A DNA stretch of 63,132 bases, counting the filler, from Octopus bimaculoides (Eukaryota), in the NCBI RefSeq assembly GCF_001194135.2. It is 5 parts of 5 records of this genome, joined end to end, with 100 filler letters (N's around TTAATTAATTAA, not from the genome) between each part and the next. Parts side by side here need not be neighbours in the genome. Positions count along the whole stretch, not along the records: positions 37,138 to 55,976 come from NC_068999.1; 4 more parts are not named here. The stretch is one strand, 5' to 3'. Position numbers and translations under genes: made by a program. Each line of letters begins with the position of its first letter. Within the stretch, counting starts at the first letter, position 1. Of this stretch, positions 38,551 to 49,134 are shown one piece after another. A model generated the notes under the pieces. It made no database searches. It was not told where the DNA came from and saw nothing but the letters and a program-made list of their open reading frames with translations.

Positions 38551-40168
38551 GATTCTCAGAATAGAAGACAGCAATGTACAAATGATTCAAACTTAGACAC
38601 CGATCTACAGGAGATTAATTTCACAGGGTAAAGAATGGCTATACGAGGAATCAAGCTGAGCAGTTACGGAGACAATTATGCGGATAAACAAATTAGATAT
38701 ATTAAATATAGTAGTTTGAGTATGAAGTGCAATATATGTATACATGCAAATCGAGAGAAAGTAAAAAGTGGAGGCTTTCAGACGATGAATATTTAAGTAT
38801 AAATATATAGATATTTATATTAATAGATCCAACTTACAAAGGAAGAGAAAATTAAAGGCGAGTCCAACACCTTTCTTCCTCCCCATTAATTTCCTCTGCC
38901 GTTTGTATTCTATATAAGGTAGGTCTATTGATATAAGTATCAATATATTTCTACTTAAATATTCATCGTCTGAAAGTCTTCATTTTTTGCTTTCTTTCGT
39001 TTTGCATGTATACATATATGCATAGTTTGCATTTCATACACAAACTGTTATTTTTAATATATCTGATTTGTTTNNNNNNNNNNNNNNNNNNNNNNNNNNN
39101 NNNNNNNNNNNNNNNNNNNNNNNNNNNNNNNNNNNNNNNNNNNNNNNNNNNNNNNNNNNNNNNNNNNNNNNNNNNNNNNNNNNNNNNNNNNNNNNNNNNN
39201 NNNNNNNNNNNNNNNNNNNNNNNNNNNNNNNNNNTATATATATATATATATATATGAGTTCAAGAAAAATATTATTAATTGGTTATAATGGCCCTTCATT
39301 TTCATCATTCAAATGTAGGATACACCTACATCGAATTTTAGTACACTGATTTCTCGCTGTACTGATATCCATTCCGTAGGTAGTTAACGTCAATGTTGAT
39401 TTACTGCTACAAAACTGGTGGAAAATGTAGAAAGAAAATGAAGAGTAAAAGAAACTAGACAAGTGGAGAGGGTAAAAGCTATGTAGTCCCTTGCATAAAG
39501 GTGCTTCCTCCATCGGCGCCGGAAGATAGAAAGAACTGGATTTGGTCACTATATTATAGAAGTTGGAAAACTGGATATAAATCAAAGGACAATGGAAAGT
39601 AGTGAGTTTATCTCACAAGCTCTTTCTTTCACCCAAGAATGTTAATTTAAACAATGTAACCTAAGTGTGATGGTTGACCTCACAAATTTCCTAGTGGAAA
39701 ATACAGGAACAAGAAAAGAACTGGTGGGAAAATATACATTCGGTTTCGAATCCTGGCTCAGAATCTAGGAAGCTATTCGTTACATCTATAATATGTACGT
39801 ATGTACGTATGTATGTATGTATGTATGTGTCTGTGTATACATATATATATATATGTATATATATATAGAGAGAGAGGAGGAGGAAGAAAGATAATTGTAT
39901 AGGGTACAAATATACTTAAGGGCGCTGAAGCTACCATGCCTATATGCTGAAAATACGTTTATATACGTTTATATATATGGCAGCCAGGTCGAACCGTCTC
40001 AAGTGTAACTGCCCGAAACAGTCGTGACTTCTGGTACTTGACTGAGGAAAGAAGGCCACAAATGACCCGTCTTTTTTTGCCTGTCCCAATTGTTGTTTTT
40101 TTTTTTGTCCGGCTTTGTATCGTCTATTTGTCCGAATATTTTATTGTCCTCTATTACGTTTTTGTTCC

Positions 40169-40212
<44 letters not shown>

Positions 40213-40324
40213 TATGTATATATATTAAAGTAATAAAGTTAATGCCTGGTCAAAGTGACCAATCGTTTTGCATCCACAAACGCCGTAGTTTTGTGGACGA
40301 CTCATCAGACTTTAGTCTGAAAGA

Positions 40325-40369
40325 CAGGCAGACAGATAGGCATGCAGACAGACAGGTCGACAGACAGAC

Positions 40370-40432
<63 letters not shown>
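40325..40432. repeat. (GACA)n/(GATA)n microsatellite
   Basis: Directly visible. Confidence 0.95.
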
Positions 40433-40433
<1 letters not shown>

Positions 40434-41454
40434 GTTTAGTGTAGGGTATCGTAACCTCAAGGCTTATCGGTGATGATTTGTTGTGATGATTGTATAGCTG
40501 GTGCTTATTATTGTTTAGCCTTTTTCTGATCCGGTAGTTCTGTGATCAAAGACATTCCACTCACAACCGTCCATCATCACTTTTCGATTTTTTTATTTAA
40601 AATATTGTTTAATTTTAAAATATTTATGTATTGACAAGGAATGTAGCTGTTATTTCTAGCATGATGGGTGACATTGCACATGCACGAATACACATACACA
40701 AATTTATCGCTCGTTATAATTGCTTAGTGCCAGGTTAGTTCTGATCCCACTGTTCAATGATGAAACACTTTCAAATATTGGACATACTTTTTTTTTTTTT
40801 TTTTTAACTACCTCGAACTACAATATCCAGTGTGTTCTTTAATAAAAGAAAAATAGTAGACTGTGCACTGAGAGGGGGTTTTGCATCAAAAAGACAACAT
40901 GGTCGTTTGAAACGCTCTTTAAAAACCTGTGGTTAGAGATAGAATACTTTTAAAAAAGAAAATTCCCGTGATGATCATAAATGGAATGCTTTGAAAAAAG
41001 GTTGGATGATCACATGTGGAAAATTTTTTAATAAGGAATAGTCATGATTTTAAAGGAGAGGATGGTTTTGGTTGGAATACTTTTAAAGAAAGAGCGACAG
41101 TTTTATATATCCGCGCATTTTTGCGAACTGAATGAATAGATCAGAGTTATTTTCCATTTCGAGAATTTTCAGAAAATTAGAAACACGTGACACTGTAAGA
41201 ATATATGAACAGTCACCTCCCTTGGATTGAGAAATACCTACATACTTAGAAATACCTGTGTTGTTATCGTATTTTCATTACTCCCCCTTTGGATTATTTC
41301 TTAACGATACAGACCCTAGCCATTTTCCAAGGATTTTCGAATCAACCCCATAAATAAATAAGTGGTAATTTTTCCAAGTGATTTCGTAATACGAAAGTAT
41401 TTCTTTACTCTTTAATATATCAAGCCGGAACTAGTTTCAAGTCATCTCACTAAT

Positions 41455-42285
41455 ATGGATGCTCAACCTGGAAGTGTAACAGGTGGTCAGTTTCATCAAT
41501 CAACTGAGGAGGATTTAACGAAATGCTTCGGTAAATATGATATGACGCATAAAAAGCGAGGTGTCGCTTTCATCTTCAACAACGAAAATTTCAAACACTC
41601 GGAACTTAAAACTCGACTCGGCTCATCAAAAGACACACAAGATTTTAAAGGGGCATTAATTAAACTTGGATTCCATGAAGACGATATCAACGTTCATACG
41701 GATTCAACAGTGCAAGAAATGCTCGACACTTTGGAAAAGATTGGAAAAAATAATTCTCTTACTGATCTTGATTGCTTTATTTGTGTAATACTAAGTCATG
41801 GTGGGCCAGACGATGTTATCTGTGGATACGACGGTACTGTTAAACTAGACAAATTGCTTTCTTACTTGAGACCTGATCGTTGTCCATCTTTAAAAGGAGT
41901 ACCTAAATTATTCATTATTCAAGCATGTCGTGGAACGACATCTGATGTTGGAGTCGAAAAAAACGATGATAATTCCACAGGACCTGAAGAATGGTCACCA
42001 ACAATTCCAGTTATGGCAGATATGTTGGTTGTTTATTCATCATGTAATAAATATCTCTCTTACAGAAATGGAAAGGATGGCTCGGGGTTTATACAAGCTT
42101 TAAGTGAAATTTTGATGAAATATGGCACCAAATATGAAATCATGAAACTTTTAACCGCTGTCTCTAACCGTGTTGCCTCTTTAGACTTCCAAAGTTCGGA
42201 TAATTCGAAATACAATAGCTGTAAACAAATGCCTCAGATTATGTCGACATTGATTAAAGAACTAATGTTTGAACCAAAAAAATAA
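41455..42285 (+). CDS. Effector-type caspase (caspase-3/7-like, peptidase C14A), 276 aa, uninterrupted CDS
   Basis: Open frame with YDMTHKKRGVAFIFNNENF, LKTRLGS (S1 Arg54), VILSHG (catalytic His115), CPSLKGVPKLFIIQACRG (Gln156, catalytic Cys158), linker VEKND/D, IPVMADMLVVYS, SYR (S1 Arg204), GSGFIQAL and KQMPQIMSTLIKELMF. The N-terminus is only about 25 aa, with no CARD or DED in this exon. Confidence 0.95.
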   Translation: MDAQPGSVTGGQFHQSTEEDLTKCFGKYDMTHKKRGVAFIFNNENFKHSELKTRLGSSKDTQDFKGALIKLGFHEDDINVHTDSTVQEMLDTLEKIGKNNSLTDLDCFICVILSHGGPDDVICGYDGTVKLDKLLSYLRPDRCPSLKGVPKLFIIQACRGTTSDVGVEKNDDNSTGPEEWSPTIPVMADMLVVYSSCNKYLSYRNGKDGSGFIQALSEILMKYGTKYEIMKLLTAVSNRVASLDFQSSDNSKYNSCKQMPQIMSTLIKELMFEPKK

Positions 42286-42740
42286 ATGTACGTTTTTACT
42301 TTAATTTAGTGCGAGAGCTGTAAATAGAAAGGGACCTTTTTCTGATGAAAATCTATTTTGCATGCATTCACACGCACGTGCATGTACATGCGAAGTGAAC
42401 AAATTTAAAACCTCATATATTCACAAATACAAGCAGTTTCTACATATAATACCTGAACCAAAGATGTTAAATTGGTAAATGTAATATTTTAAACTAATTC
42501 GTTTCTATAATTGTTCATATAATCACAAACTTGAATTAGCCCGTAACTTTTTAAGACGTTTAACTGAACCTATTCCCTACCATTCGTTCTTAAAAAGAAT
42601 ACAAGTGCACTATTTATGCACGCACACACATGTATATATGAAATATATAGTATACACACACACACATGAAATATATAAATATTCTATATTTCAAAATAAC
42701 CTTTCTCTCAGAAAATTGAACTAACATTGTCTTATATACA

Positions 42741-42746
42741 ATTAAA
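42741..42746 (+). promoter_or_regulatory. Candidate variant polyadenylation signal (ATTAAA) for the caspase
   Basis: Hexamer about 455 nt downstream of the stop. An AATAAA also overlaps the stop codon (42281-42286). No transcript evidence. Confidence 0.25.
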
Positions 42747-42799
42747 TATGAACATAACGTTAGAAAAAAAGACAGCTATACCTTAGAGTGAAGGGGCAT

Positions 42800-43080
42800 C
42801 TCCACAAGCGCCATATTCCACCTACACCAACAATGTTGGGGGGGGCGGTCTCCAGTCGTATACTGGCGAGAGGGACACAAATAATAACCTCAGAATCACA
42901 GAAGCATCATATTTCATTGGGAAGAAAGGATCTAGCTTTAACTGCCGGAATGGGCTCGACTGCTGAAAGTACATCTACTACTTCCAGAGCTTTTAACCAG
43001 TATCAGCAATGACCACTACAAAAAGCAAATGGAAAGAACTTCAGATGAAGGATCTTTGATCCGAAAGCGCTCACGTGGAT
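42800..43080 (+). mobile_element. Penelope-like 3' tail with hammerhead-like motif at 43038-43076
   Basis: ITEASYF...FNCRNG resembles a PLE endonuclease end. It is followed by CAGAUGA-A-GGAUC(uuu)GAUCC-GAAA-GCGC-UC. Confidence 0.5.
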
Positions 43081-43229
43081 AAACCTAACCTAACAAATAG
43101 TAACAAGGCTACCCACAGATTACAGACCACATATAAGTTCTATCTTTTTTATCTACCTTCCTATCTGTCCATCTATCTAACTACCCATCTCTCTATATAT
43201 CTGTGTATTTCATCTTTCTACTTATCCGT

Positions 43230-43730
43230 CTGCCTCTAAAGCTGAAAATTAGTGAAAAAGAGAATACCTACGTTGAACTATTGAGAAATCTGCTGTTATT
43301 CTATCCAGATTACAAGCTCAGATTTATGCCTGTAATTATAGGGGCCCTGGGATATGTAACACACTGCCTAAATACCAATGATGAGAAATTAGACTTCTCA
43401 AAACCAGAGAGGAGAAAGCTAATTCGAAGAGTACAGATCGAATCCATCACTGGAACTGTAAAAATCGATAAAACTTTCCAAAAATTTATCATTTAAACAT
43501 ATATGAGCATCTCTAGACACGCAACTATATGCATGAGAATACATACATGAAACAAAACATACTAATCTTCACATACATACATACATACATACATACAAAC
43601 AAACAAAAATACCCTGTCGATGATGTTGAAATTCCAATGAAGGAACCTTGTATCTATGTTAGAAACCGGCTCTTTCACTATTGGCAAAAACTCTTGAAAT
43701 AAAAACTGAACAATGACATTCATTCATTCA
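43230..43730 (+). mobile_element. REL-type (R4/Dong-like) LINE, extreme 3' fragment
   Basis: KISEKENTYVELLRNL...MPVIIGALG...VQIESITGTVKIDKTF*, followed by a UTR ending in (CATT)n. Confidence 0.65.
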
Positions 43731-44402
43731 TTAGTAACAAAATCAAAAATTATCAAAACTGTTTTTTTTTTATCAAAAATATGCTCCCCATCATGTTGAA
43801 GGTTGTGGTGAAAAATATATTGGGAAAATTGCCGTCAGAACTTACGTGGGTGTCTTGACCCAAAACTTTAAATCTGTAAAATCCTTAAAACCATAAAANN
43901 NNNNNNNNNNNNNNNNNNNNNNNNNNNNNNNNNNNNNNNNNNNNNNNNNNNNNNNNNNNNNNNNNNNNNNNNNNNNNNNNNNNNNNNNNNNNNNNNNNNN
44001 NNNNNTTTTTTTTGGGGGGGGGGGGATATTTTGTGAATTTCGAGGTTTTGGGAATTGTTCTAGAATTAACTTTAAAAAAAAATTTTTTTTAGCATTTTCC
44101 CTTTAATCGATTTTTGAGATTTTTCTCGAGATTTGAGATTTTAAAAAAAATTCCGAAAAACTTTTCACCTTTCTTGACTTGTTCTTAATTATTTTTAACT
44201 TCTTTTAACTTCTGACTTCCCTTAATTTATTCAGTTACAGTATTTTATCCTCCCCCCCCCCTTTAGCGTCCTAACATCTGCTAACGGCGTTACCCTGTTG
44301 TCTTACCAAAATACAAATAAGTAGACAAGCGATGGATTAGTAAGTTCGTTAGATATTTAACCGATTGACTAACAATGTTATTATTATTAATGTTAAGGTG
44401 TA

Positions 44403-45100
44403 AAGGCGGCTAGCTGGCAGAATCGTTAGCGTGCCGGGCGAAATGCTTAGCGGTATTTCGCCCGTCGCTACGTCCTGAGTTCAAATTCCGCCGAGGTCGA
44501 CTTTGCCTTTCATCCTTTCGGGGTCGATTAAATAAATACAAGTGGAACACTAGGGTCAATGTAATCGACAAGCCCCTTCCCCCAAAATTTCAGGCCTTCT
44601 GCCTATAGTAGAAAGGTTATTATTATTAATGTAATGATTAAGGCGGCGAGCTGGCAGAATTGTTAGCGTGCCGGGCGAAATGCTTAGCGGTATTTCGCCC
44701 CTCGCTACGTTCTGTGTTCAAATTCCGCCGAGGTCAACTTTGCCTTTCGTCCTTTCGGGGTCAATAAACTAAGTACCAGTTGAGGGTACTACTAAAGCAG
44801 CATGGTCCCGGTCGCGCGTCCGCGCTAGCTAGTCGTGAGTGGTCGATCCTAACCCTAACCCTAACCCTAAACACGTATTCATTTGCACACGCGGGTTAGG
44901 GATAGGGATAGGGTTAGGGTTAAGGTTAGGGATAGGGTTAGGGATAGGGTTAGGGTTAGGATCGACCACTCAAGACTAGCTAGCGTGGACGCGCGACTGC
45001 GCGTTCGGGACCGTGCTGCTTTAGTAGTACCCCAGTTGAGTACTGGGGATCGATGTGATCCAGGCCGTGTGCCTATAGTAGAAAGGATTATTAATGTAAT
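44403..45100 (+). mobile_element. Tandem pair of SINE family B copies (44403-44640, 44641-45100); the second is interrupted by a MITE
   Basis: Both start aaggcggc(t/g)agctggcagaat and end gcctatagtagaaagg..ttattaatgtaatgat. Confidence 0.85.
44785..45031. mobile_element. 247-bp MITE with long TIRs containing (TTAGGG)n and a 9-bp TSD (Merlin- or Mutator-like)
   Basis: TIRs GGTACTACTAAAGCAGC... and ...GCTGCTTTAGTAGTACC, about 85 bp. Perfect CCAGTTGAG at 44776-44784 and 45032-45040. (CCCTAA)n at 44848-44870 and (TTAGGG/ATAGGG)n at 44893-44960. Confidence 0.9.
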
Positions 45101-45204
45101 GATCGTCTCAAGAGAAAAAAAAGAAAAGATAATTAGAACTAGAAGGAAAATGACAGGAAGGTTCACCTATAGATAAGATACGATGAATTAAATATTGAAA
45201 TATT

Positions 45205-45345
45205 GATTTCAAGTTTTGGCATAAGGCCAGCTATTTTGGCGAGTGGAGTAAGTTGATTGTGCCGACCCCAGTACTTAATTTTATCGACCCCCAAAGTGAT
45301 GAATGTAAAGTCGACCTCGGCGGAATTTGAAATCAGAACGTAAAA
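45205..45345 (-). mobile_element. SINE family B fragment
   Basis: aaagtcgacctcggcggaatttgaaatcagaacgt is the reverse complement of the B-box region. Confidence 0.7.
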
Positions 45346-45621
45346 TGAATTAAGACGCTATTAAATAAAGTGACTTTGATGGGAAAGCATAAAAATTCTA
45401 GGAGAAAATATATGATTAATAAGATAACAAAACACCTCGTCTAAGGATTTACTAAGGATAACCAAGATAGAAACTGTTTTAAAAACCGTTGAAGACCAAG
45501 CGAGAAAACTAGAAATGTCAAAAGAAATTAGTAATTAAATGAATAATGGTACAAGAGTTTTTAAATTTGATCTCTTCGTATATACGCGCGCGAGTGCATT
45601 TATGCTAGAACTTGAAACTAT

Positions 45622-46364
45622 GGGGCTTAATGCAGAATCGCACCTCTCCTGAAAAAATGCCTTTTTATTTATTATTTTTTTTTTGCAAAAAAATAATTTT
45701 CGGATTCCTACGTTTTAGATGTCGGAGATTACGAATATGCAAAAAAAAATTTTTTTTTTAATTTTACACTTCTCCCCCACCCCATTTAAGATTTAAAACT
45801 TTTTTCGAAATTTTTTTAATATGTTTTTCCTATGTTTTCTATGACGGAAATCAAATATATTTGCCAAATAATGTGGTGGTCCTATAGAGGACGGTGTTAC
45901 TGTTGTTTTTAGCCCCAGGATGACATTCATATCTATCTAGCTAGCAAATAGATAGATAGACAGGTAGGTAGATAGATAGATAAATAAACTTTATAACATT
46001 AGTTATTAAACATATTAAAGTTTGTTTCTCATAAAATGGTGCATATTTAATTTACATTTAATTATTATTTACGATTATCTAAGGCAAATTCTTTTCACTT
46101 TAATGTTTACAAGTAAAAAGGCAAATTCTTTTCACTTTAATGTTTTGGTCTATATTTAACTTTTATTTGCATATGCTCGTCAATTCGCTATAATCAATTT
46201 AAAGTAAACAAAAGCAAAAGTTTAAATTGGGGGCGGAGAGGGATTGAAATTTTTTTTTTTTTTTTGCATGTTCGTAATCTCCGACATCTAAGACGTAGGA
46301 ATCCGAAAAATATTTTTCAAAAATATGCATTTTTCAAGGAGAGGTGCGATTTTGCATTAGCCCC
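45622..46364. mobile_element. About 740-bp MITE with roughly 150-170-bp imperfect TIRs (GGGGCT...AGCCCC)
   Basis: ttttcggattcctacgttttagatgtcggagattacgaatatgcaaaaa pairs with ttttgcatgttcgtaatctccgacatctaagacgtaggaatccgaaaa. No clean TSD. Confidence 0.8.
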
Positions 46365-46532
46365 GAAAATACTTTCAGTTTTACAAATGGAATTCCCCTC
46401 TCGTGCTTTCAGTTTGACATAACCTTAGAAATGCCGTTTGACATTTGCAATTTCGACGACTTATGACAGTTTATACAAAAATTATGTACACGTTTGCATT
46501 ACTTTCGATACAAACTCTTGTATTTTGTAATC

Positions 46533-47080
46533 TCTATATATATATAAAACACAGGATGTGTGTCTGTCTGTGTTTGTCATGTCGTTAAAACTCGAGATCC
46601 ACCCAACCGATTTTAATGAACTTTTACACATGCATTACATAGGGCCCATGGAGTGGCAAAATAATTTTCAACTTCTTGTCTTATGAAACCCCAGGGGCAG
46701 ATAAATCGCATTTTTTAAGCACTTCCGCAGCGTTAAGGCCCGTAACTTGAAGAGTATCCAGTCACTTTCCTCCAAATTTCCTCCTCGAATTGCTGTTGAC
46801 TGAAAAAAAATTCCGACACCGACTATGGCCCCGACCCCCCAAAATGCATATTAATCAGATTTGAGTATACTGCACTGGGTTTTATCTTTGTTTTAGGCCA
46901 TTTTTCCGGCGATAGACTATTGACACTAATTATGCATCATAAGTAGCGTATAATATTTCATGAAAACCTTTTTGTCCAATTTGGCAGAGGAAATGAGAAC
47001 ATTAAAATTTTTGTCGACGCCCTGTTGATGCTTCATGTTACCACCCGCGTGTGCGCGCGGCTGGGTAAAGTCACAACTAA
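46533..47080 (+). mobile_element. Non-autonomous Helitron-like element
   Basis: 5' TCTATATATATATAAAAC...GATGTGTGTCTGTCTG. GC-rich 3' hairpin-like ccacccgcgtgtgcgcgcggctgggt, followed by a CTAA terminus (CTAG expected). Confidence 0.5.
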
Positions 47081-47334
47081 CTCATTCATCCATTCTCCAG
47101 AAGTGCCCTGTAGATGTTTCACGTTTCAAATCCTGCGCAACGCAGCATGCACCGGAAGCATGTCTGCTTTCTATGTCATCCGTGTAAAATGCTCATAAAA
47201 AAATTTTAAAAAACGCTGCTATGACTCAGTCATATGAGTTTGACCGTGTGACCACTTTCGGACGCTACGCTTGCCCCCTGCAATTAGTCCCACCCACCTG
47301 CGTTCCCTCCCCCGTTTAGTCGGACGAGTTAATA

Positions 47335-47722
47335 CAGGGTGTCCCAGAACTAATGATGACTTGATTGAAATCGGATGCATTTTTTTAAGACTCACTTTTA
47401 TATTTATGTTTATCATGTTTAATATGTGTTAAAAGTGTATAAATTTTAAATTTTGTTTATAGTTTTATTTTCATTCCTGTTAGACCCCCTCTTATTTGTC
47501 CATGACAGCTTTTTTCCAATTTGGCAGCAATCATTTTCATTACCTCCACTCCCAAGATGGAGCAATCGTTTAGCTGAGCTTAAAGAACACATTCAGTTAG
47601 CAGTGCAGGAGCTAACTCCTGAAATGCTTCAAAATGTGTTTCACAACGCTAAGGAGAGATTTGAAGTATGCTGGGATACAGACATGTTAAAAAATTTTAA
47701 TGAAAGTTTGACGTAAGATTTA
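47335..47722 (+). mobile_element. Internally deleted Tc1/mariner element
   Basis: TA plus CAGGGTGTCCCAG TIR-like start; C-terminal transposase piece LAELKEHIQLAVQELTPEMLQNVFHNAKERFEVC. Confidence 0.6.
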
Positions 47723-47852
47723 TAAATCTTACGTCAAACTTTCATTAAAATTTTTTAACATGTCTGTATCCCAGCATACTTCAAATCTCTCCTTAGCGTT
47801 GTGAAACACATTTTGAAGCATTTCAGGAGTTAGCTCCTGCACTGCTAACTGA
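47593..47852. repeat. Perfect 260-bp palindrome (130-bp arms, no spacer) ending at an N gap
   Basis: Centre between 47722 and 47723 (ttta|taaa); the arms are identical by inspection. Confidence 0.95.
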
Positions 47853-48227
47853 NNNNNNNNNNNNNNNNNNNNNNNNNNNNNNNNNNNNNNNNNNNNNNNN
47901 NNNNNNNNNNNNNNNNNNNNNNNNNNNNNNNNNNNNNNNNNNNNNNNNNNNNNNNNNNNNNNNNNNNNNNNNNNNNNNNNNNNNNNNNNNNNNNNNNNNN
48001 NNNNNNNNNNNNNNNNNNNNNNNNNNNNNNNNNNNNNNNNNNNNNNNNNNNNNNNNNNNNNNNNNNNNNNNNNNNNNNNNNNNNNNNNNNNNNNNNNNNN
48101 NNNNNNNNNNNNNNNNNNNNNNNNNNNNNNNNNNNNNNNNNNNNNNNNNNNNNNNNNNNNNNNNNNNNNNNNNNNNNNNNNNNNNNNNNNNNNNNNNNNN
48201 NNNNNNNNNNNNNNNNNNNNNNNNNNN

Positions 48228-49134
48228 GAACATTCTTAGTGGCTTTTCTTCTACAGGAATATGCCCTTTTAATCGCAATATTTTCACAAACAGCGACTTT
48301 GCACCAAACTATGTCATTGACCGACCGGATTCTGCACTTTCAGCACCTGCAACACCTGGGCCTTCAAGCAACATAGCCGCCAGGTCTTTTCTTTCACCAT
48401 TTCAAATCCGTCCACTACCCAAAGCAGGCCCTAGGAAAGAATCAACCAGAAGAAGAAAGAAACGTTGTTCTGAAATCCTCACTGACTCGCCGGTTAAAAG
48501 AGAAATCATAGAAGAAAAGACAAAAAGTAAACGTAAAAAGAAGACAAACATTGATAAAGGAACGATAGGAAAGGGACTCAGTAAGGGTAGGTCAACGAAG
48601 GGAAACGGTCTAACTGTTAAGAAAAAAGTTCAAATTCAAGAAAGTGATACCTCTGATGAGGAAGAGTGCTATTGCTTAGTGTGCTGCGAGCCTTTTTCCA
48701 ACAGCAAAGGAAGGGAAGTGTGGCTTCAATGCTTTGATTGTAAAGGTTGGGCTCACGAGGCATGCACACCAGGTCTGACAATATTCACATGCCGAAATTG
48801 TGACTCTGATGATACGTAATGAAACCGTAATAAAGGCCCTTGATCAAACCAACAAGCTTATATCATGTGTTTCTGTCCACTAACATGTATGTTCCAAGAA
48901 AATGCATTCATGTGTCAACTTGCCTCGGTATCGGGGCAAGTTGACACATTTAAGTGGTCTTAGAAAATGCACAAAATATAAATCCAGACAATAAGCAGAT
49001 GAGATCTCTAGCTTTGTAAGTCTTTTGCTATGGTTGATTAATGCGTGTAATACAAGATGCTGTAGAATACATTAAATAGTATTGCTCTGTCAATGAAAAT
49101 GCAAAAAATGTAGTCAACTAACCCCGGTCTCCCC
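48228..49134 (+). mobile_element. pogo/Fot1-like Tc1-mariner element, 3' part; open transposase C-terminus with PHD finger (48229-48819)
   Basis: Manual translation gives 196 stop-free codons from the gap edge: SGFSSTGICPFNRNIF..SDFAP..VIDRP, SPFQIRPLPKA, SEILTDSP, a Lys-rich tract, then CLVC..CFDC..HEAC..CRNC (C4HC3). The TIR ends gtcaactaaccccggtctcccc followed by TA. Confidence 0.8.

Noticed and set aside
40850-41454. Core promoter for the caspase
   Set aside because: The region is AT-rich with many TATA-like words and none stands out; the start site is unknown and an upstream intron is possible.
44848-44960. Interstitial telomere as a chromosome-fusion scar
   Set aside because: The repeats are short, degenerate and enclosed in TIRs with a 9-bp TSD, so the MITE explains them. 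ORFs 44879-45166 and 44883-45176 are by-products.
7626-48287. Long ORFs consisting mostly of X
   Set aside because: They are open only because N runs contain no stop codons.
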